Of a DNA stretch of 64,000 bases, positions 59,463 to 64,000 are shown in pieces. This stretch comes from Candidatus Nomurabacteria bacterium (GTDB lineage: Bacteria > Patescibacteriota > Saccharimonadia > JAGOAT01), in the NCBI GenBank assembly GCA_020639315.1, contig JACKGM010000001.1:374767-438766 (forward strand). Direction: 5' to 3'. The notes beneath the pieces are model-generated. The model worked only from the letters and a program-made list of their open reading frames with translations, did no database searches and had not been told where the DNA came from. A program made the translations under genes and the position numbers. The number at the start of each line of letters is the position of its first letter. Position 1 is the first letter of the stretch.

Positions 59463-60392
59463 CTAGACAGGTCGTAAAGTGCCAAAGAAAATTTGCCAGG
59501 CTAGGGCAGATTTGGCTAGCAAGCTTAGTAAGATAAAGACCTTCTCACCATAGATATAATCATTCCAACGACCTATTTTCTTATACTGAAGATACATATT
59601 AAGTGCAAAACAATTGAAGAAAATAAAGATCGAAAGATAGATATAGTAGACAAAAGTCGGGATCATCCCATTGCCACTGGAGCTTGAACCCCAGAAATAA
59701 ACCCCGATTACAACCCAAGGTACAATCCCTGCTAGGATACCAATCTTGAAGCTTAGCCAATCGACTACCCTCTTGCCTTGATTGATTTTTTCCATAGATA
59801 GACCGAGCAAATTCATGATCATGGTCAGGATAAAGACCATTAGAAGAGTAGAGAGATCTTCTATGCCAGCAAGCATAGCGATCGCTAGCATCATCGTCGA
59901 AGCACTGAGGCTATACTCAATAAATCTTGTTGGATTGGTAGAAAGTCTAAGATTGGCTTGATACGGATCGGGTCTTATTAGTCCGAGGTAGAAGTGGAAT
60001 CCACTTGAAAGTAAGAGGAATATTATAATTAGTCCGACTAGGGGTATTTCAAATAAGGTTTTAGAGTCGATTACTAGTGAGCTAGTCGCGAGATCAAAAG
60101 TCTGATAAGAGGTGGTGACAGGTAGGCTAAAGTCTGTAGCTAGCACAATCATGACAATGGCCTGCAGAAGATGGATTGTCCCCATAATGATATTAAAAGC
60201 TACTAATTTGTCTAGACTCGACTTACGCAAAATCCCTGCATCTCCAGGATCGCCTCCGAAGTCCAGAACTACTTTTTCTGCTATCAACGATGCATCAGCA
60301 TCGCTTCCATCAGATAAAAGAATTTCTGAATCTTCGGAAGGCAAGCCTGGAGTATCCGAGGTTTTGCGTAAGTCGAGTAAAAGTTTTTGCAT
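59463..60392 (-). CDS. heliorhodopsin with an N-terminal acidic extension
   Basis: The motifs align with the prototype heliorhodopsin 48C12 as I recall it: FN..G..HLLQ...M..L...DF.LP.T..Y; R..EYSLS.S.M; GI.AGIVPW; FVY.I..S.F.FFN.FAL..YLQYK..G.W..Y..GE....LSL.AKSALAWQIF.GTL.P. The retinal-binding Lys lies in SLLAKSALAWQ (about K294). Confidence 0.85.
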   Translation of the reverse strand: MQKLLLDLRKTSDTPGLPSEDSEILLSDGSDADASLIAEKVVLDFGGDPGDAGILRKSSLDKLVAFNIIMGTIHLLQAIVMIVLATDFSLPVTTSYQTFDLATSSLVIDSKTLFEIPLVGLIIIFLLLSSGFHFYLGLIRPDPYQANLRLSTNPTRFIEYSLSASTMMLAIAMLAGIEDLSTLLMVFILTMIMNLLGLSMEKINQGKRVVDWLSFKIGILAGIVPWVVIGVYFWGSSSSGNGMIPTFVYYIYLSIFIFFNCFALNMYLQYKKIGRWNDYIYGEKVFILLSLLAKSALAWQIFFGTLRPV

Positions 60393-60434
60393 ATTATTAC
60401 CTTTGTTTTAATTAAAATTTTCTATTGTAAATAT

Positions 60435-60657
60435 TATAGCATACCCCAAACAAAACCAGACTTTTGACCCAACCCTAGAGTCTATCAAGCTAGTTTTCTA
60501 TAGTACAGCTCAAATTGTCCGGTTTTGTTTTGAGCTTGCTATAACTGCCACTATTGCTCCTCACTATATCTACGGATATGATTTGTCACAATAGCGACAA
60601 TTCTAGATCCATAATCTATCACCCAAAACAAACAGGTTTTGTTTTATGGGGGCTATA
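60435..60657 (+). mobile_element. composite of a short MITE-B-related element (60435-60540) and the right ~119 bp of MITE-B (60539-60657)
   Basis: TATAGCATACCCCAAACAAAACCAGAC...GTCCGGTTTTGTTTTGAGCTTGCTATA, then ATAACTGCCACTATTGCTCC...ACAGGTTTTGTTTTATGGGGGCTATA. The latter matches 58788-58906 closely. Confidence 0.75.
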
Positions 60658-60805
60658 TCACTTTTTACTTTACATTTGGATCAATAAAGTGTAAGATTAT
60701 TTGCGAAACAGTGAAGTATCTGACTCCTTGGTACCAAAAGTGTCAAAAGTGTCCAGTAACAAACGGTTTTATAAGTAATAAATTAATAAGAAAGGTTTTA
60801 GTCAG

Positions 60806-61078
60806 ATGGTTACTAAATTATATGTTGGTGGTATTCCTTACTCTGCTACAGAGCAAGAATTAGAAGAGTTCTTTAGTGTAGCAGGTAGCGTAGTCAGTGC
60901 GAGAATTATTACAGATCGTGAAACAAATCGTTCAAAAGGATTTGGTTTTGTCGAAATGTCCACCCAAGAAGAGGCTCAACAAGCAATCACAATGCTTCAT
61001 GACAAAGATATGGGTGGTCGTAAGATTACTGTTAACGAAGCTCGACCCAAAGAAGATCGACCAGCTAGACGTTTCTAG
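60806..61078 (+). CDS. RRM-type RNA-binding protein
   Basis: RNP-2 motif LYVGGI and RNP-1 motif KGFGFVEM. 90 aa. A possible hairpin terminator lies at 61105-61130. Confidence 0.85.
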   Translation: MVTKLYVGGIPYSATEQELEEFFSVAGSVVSARIITDRETNRSKGFGFVEMSTQEEAQQAITMLHDKDMGGRKITVNEARPKEDRPARRF

Positions 61079-61154
61079 GGTTGGATCGGTAGAGTTACAC
61101 TGATAGTACTCCCTGCAATGGGAGTACTTTAGTATTAAAGACTAGTAAATAATT

Positions 61155-62966
61155 ATGGTAGAAAACAAGATTCGTAATATAGCAGTAATCGCCCATGTCG
61201 ATCATGGTAAGACTACTTTGGTCGATGCTTTTTTGAAGCAGACCAAAGTCTTTCGTGATAATCAGGCCGAGATGGGTCAGGCTTTGATTATGGATTCTAG
61301 TGATCAAGAGCGTGAGCGAGGGATTACTATCACAGCCAAGATTACGGCAGTAAAGTTTGATGACACCCAGATAAATATTATCGACACGCCCGGACACGCT
61401 GATTTTGGTGGAGAGGTAGAGCGAACACTCCATATGGCTGATGGCTGCCTCCTAATCGTAGATGCTCAAGAGGGTCCGATGCCTCAGACCAAGTTTGTGC
61501 TCGAGAAAGCTTTTGTGGCTGGACTTCGTCCAATCGTCGTAATTAACAAGATCGATAAACCGGCCGCTAGGGTGTCTGAAATAGTAGATGAGATCGGGGA
61601 CTTATTTTTGGAGCTTGCTACTGATGATAGTCAGCTCGATTATCCGGTCTATTATGCAATTGGTCGCGATGGTAAGGCTTGGAAAGAATTACCAAATGAT
61701 CCGAGTGAGCCAGCCGATATTCAGCCAATCTTACGAGCAATTATTGAGCATATTCCTGCTCCACAAACTTCCGAAGGCGGATTTCAGTTGTTGGCTACCT
61801 CACTTGAGTGGGATGATTATCAAGGCAAGTATGTGATCGGCAAAGTAGAGCGAGGTCAGCTCAAGGCTGGTGAAATCTTAAGCTTGGTAGACCAATCTGG
61901 AGTAGTGGGTAGTGGCTATCGAGTCGATAAGATTTATGGATATCAAGGTCTAGATAAGGTGATCAAGGATCAGGCTAGTGCAGGTGAGATCGTTGCGGTC
62001 ACTGGTATCAAGGATGCCAAGATTGGCCAGACCCTGACTACGCCAGATCAACCGGAAGCCTTGGAAGCAATCGACTTGGAGCCACCGACTTTGAGTATTT
62101 ATCTCGGACCCAATACCTCTCCCTTTAAAGGCCTAGAAGGCGAATTTACTACTTCGAGACAAATTGGGGATCGATTGAAGCGAGAATTGGAGACTAATAT
62201 CGGCTTGATAGTAGAGGATGATGGGGTTGGCTTCACCGTTAAGGGTAGGGGTGAATTGCACTTGAGTGTACTGATGGAGACAATGCGTCGAGAAGGGTTT
62301 GAGTTTGAGATCGGCAGACCCAAGGTAGTGTATAAAGTGCAGGATGGTCAGAGTCTGGAGCCAGTAGAGCTAGTGACTGTCGAGGTACCAGTCGAACATA
62401 TTGGAGTAATCCAGTCTGAGTTTGGTAGTCGTAAGGCTGAACTTCTAGAACAGGTCAACCTTCGTGATAATTTGGTCAGGCTAGTCTACAGGATTAGTAC
62501 TCGTAATCTAATCGGCCTAAGGAGTCAATTGATTACAGCTACCAAAGGTACCTTGGTAATGAATAGTTTGATGGATGGTTATCAGCCTAAGACAGCTGAG
62601 CTGGCATCAAAACGCAACGGAGTCTTGATCGCTTGGGAGCAGGGGGAGAGTCGGGCTTATGCTCTGAGTAATGCTGAGGCTAGAGGTGTATTGTTCGTCG
62701 GGCCAGGGGTCAAGCTATATCAGGGGCAGATTATTGGACTTGCCAATCAGTCGGGGGATTTGGATATCAATGCTTCTAAGTCCAAGCAACTGACCAATAT
62801 GCGGAGCAAGAGTAGTGATGGTACGATCAAGTTGACTCCAGCGATTGAGATGAGCCTCGAACAGTCAATGGACTTTTTAAACGATGATGAGCTCTTGGAA
62901 ATCACACCTAGCTCACTGAGGCTGAGAAAACGAATTTTGGATAAAGGGCTTCGTAAGAAGAAGTAG
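61155..62966 (+). CDS. typA: translational GTPase TypA/BipA
   Basis: IRNIAVIAHVDHGKTTLVD, DTPGHADFGGEVER, NKIDK. 603 aa with the BipA-type C-terminal domain. Confidence 0.9.
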   Translation: MVENKIRNIAVIAHVDHGKTTLVDAFLKQTKVFRDNQAEMGQALIMDSSDQERERGITITAKITAVKFDDTQINIIDTPGHADFGGEVERTLHMADGCLLIVDAQEGPMPQTKFVLEKAFVAGLRPIVVINKIDKPAARVSEIVDEIGDLFLELATDDSQLDYPVYYAIGRDGKAWKELPNDPSEPADIQPILRAIIEHIPAPQTSEGGFQLLATSLEWDDYQGKYVIGKVERGQLKAGEILSLVDQSGVVGSGYRVDKIYGYQGLDKVIKDQASAGEIVAVTGIKDAKIGQTLTTPDQPEALEAIDLEPPTLSIYLGPNTSPFKGLEGEFTTSRQIGDRLKRELETNIGLIVEDDGVGFTVKGRGELHLSVLMETMRREGFEFEIGRPKVVYKVQDGQSLEPVELVTVEVPVEHIGVIQSEFGSRKAELLEQVNLRDNLVRLVYRISTRNLIGLRSQLITATKGTLVMNSLMDGYQPKTAELASKRNGVLIAWEQGESRAYALSNAEARGVLFVGPGVKLYQGQIIGLANQSGDLDINASKSKQLTNMRSKSSDGTIKLTPAIEMSLEQSMDFLNDDELLEITPSSLRLRKRILDKGLRKKK

Positions 62967-63335
62967 CTATAGCCCCCGTAAGCTCTTTGAGCTTCGGAGG
63001 ATGACAATGCCCTTTTTGTGTCATCTTCCAAATTTCCTTTAGGAAATTATGGGAGATCCAGTATTTGGATTTGACATCAGGGCAATACGGTAATACTGGA
63101 TCCCCCGTAAGTTCTCTGAACTTCGGAGGATGACAGAAGAGTAGTAGGTTTCGGAGGATGACAATGTCCTCCGCCTGTCATCTCAATACCATTAACTTAA
63201 GGAAAGGCCAGTATCTTTTGACATCCTGTTAAAGCTTGATTTGTACATTGAATAAAACTTGCAAAAGCTTAAGTTAATGGCATTGGCCTGTCATCTTCGG
63301 ATTACCCGGAGGGTAATACCGGAGATCCAGTATTT
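62967..63335. repeat. REP/BIME-like hairpin-repeat cluster 8 (interrupted by MITE-C copy B)
   Basis: Starts at the base after the typA stop with CTATAGCCCCCGTAAG.... Units at 62972-63005, 63019-63060, 63093-63135 and 63289-63330. Confidence 0.9.
63184..63285 (-). mobile_element. MITE-C copy B (102 bp)
   Basis: CAATACCATTAACTTAAG ... CTTAAGTTAATGGCATTG, inverted relative to 35722-35823. It is flanked by an 11-nt direct repeat, GCCTGTCATCT (63173-63183 and 63286-63296). Confidence 0.75.
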
Positions 63336-63391
63336 AAATTATTAGGCAAATGATGTAAGCTAAAGAGGTATTATATAGCTGGAGGGATAGA

Positions 63392-64000
63392 TTGAAGAAG
63401 CATTTTGGGCGAATTGTAATAGTCGGGGGAGGCTTTGCCGGGGTTAAGCTGGCCCTGAGTCTAGCAAAACATCGACACTTTGATGTCTGCTTGATTTCGG
63501 ACACAGACTTCTTTGAATATCATGCGGCACTATATCGTTCTGCCACAGGTGGTTCACCCAAGGAGGTTAAGATACCCCTTGGGGAGATCTTTGCCAGCTA
63601 TTTGGCAGTCAAGGTAGTCAAGGATAAAATAGTAGAGATTGATTATTCTGACAAGAAAATTATCGGTAGGTCTGGGCATAAGTACTACTTTGATAAGCTT
63701 GTGATGGCACCAGGTCAGGTGGCTTGTTTCTATGGTATAGCTGGGATGGAGGAAAGTGCCTTTGCCCTTGACTCTATTGGCAATGCGGATAAGCTGAGAA
63801 AACATTTAGAGAGGTTGGTTCAGAGCAAATCTGAGGAAAATAAGCTAGAGTTTGTGGTGATTGGTGGAGGGGCTACTGGAGTTGAGTTGGCATCTGAATT
63901 GCAATTTTATCTGCAAGATCTTGCCAGTGGCTCAAAGGCAAAGGGGCATATTATTCAGGTGGATCTGATTGAAGCTGCACCAAGGTTACTCGGGCTCTTG
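63392..64000 (+). CDS. ndh: type II NADH dehydrogenase-like FAD-dependent oxidoreductase (5' part; continues past the window end)
   Basis: My own translation from TTG 63392 (GGAGG 6 nt upstream) is MKKHFGRIVIVGGGFAGVKLA...KLVMAPG...FVVIGGGATGVELASEL..., with two dinucleotide-binding GxGxxG motifs spaced as in NDH-2. The frame stays open to base 64000. It is absent from the ORF track because no stop falls within the window. Confidence 0.7.
   Translation, partial: MKKHFGRIVIVGGGFAGVKLALSLAKHRHFDVCLISDTDFFEYHAALYRSATGGSPKEVKIPLGEIFASYLAVKVVKDKIVEIDYSDKKIIGRSGHKYYFDKLVMAPGQVACFYGIAGMEESAFALDSIGNADKLRKHLERLVQSKSEENKLEFVVIGGGATGVELASELQFYLQDLASGSKAKGHIIQVDLIEAAPRLLGLL

Noticed and set aside
60639-60863. 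The 74-aa ORF upstream of and overlapping the RRM-protein gene.
   Set aside because: It starts inside the MITE-B terminus, overlaps the RRM gene start out of frame, and has no Shine-Dalgarno. The RRM gene has clear RNP-1 and RNP-2 motifs.

Overview
This is a 64-kb, gene-dense, low-G+C bacterial chromosome segment. Housekeeping genes: lexA, alaS, leuS, glyQS, obg, typA, rpmF, nusB, rnc, ndk, rpsF-ssb-rpsR-efp, recO, recX, an ftsA-like gene and five tRNAs (two CAU Met/Ile2, Ala-GGC, Arg-CCU, Asp-GUC). The envelope genes suggest a monoderm-type surface: a sortase, three LPXTG-type substrates, LysM/CHAP and NlpC/P60 hydrolases, and GT2/GT4/GT9 glycosyltransferases. Trimmed domain architectures (AlaRS without a C-terminal domain, MgtE membrane domain only) resemble small CPR/Patescibacteria-like genomes, but that is inference only.

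Main observations:
1. A tRNA-bounded ~7.6-kb island (22.2-29.7 kb) holds three QxxRW-type membrane GT2 synthases, a sortase translationally coupled to one of them, and two paralogous ~75-aa Gly-rich LPSTG micro-proteins with no recognisable signal peptide. This is my best candidate for an undescribed surface-polymer system.
2. A heliorhodopsin with a ~50-aa acidic N-terminal extension is bracketed by direct copies of a repeat element.
3. An abundant intergenic hairpin-repeat family (REP/BIME-like, 8 clusters) has a stem that covaries while one T:G wobble stays fixed. Three MITE families are inserted in or next to these clusters.
4. At least ten gene starts follow the pattern TGnTATAAT-N6..9-ATG, implying leaderless mRNAs. 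One case is a perfect 15-nt-arm palindrome serving two divergent genes.
5. Two G+C-rich foreign remnants each abut the 3' end of a tRNA. Each has a decayed large serine recombinase ORF reading antisense into the tRNA, and one is interrupted by an IS30-family element.
6. A 17-bp palindrome, TCGCGAACAGTTCGCGA, occurs three times in two promoter regions.

I recognised no CRISPR array, no rRNA and no defence system. All calls come from reading motifs in the supplied sequence and translations; no database search was possible.
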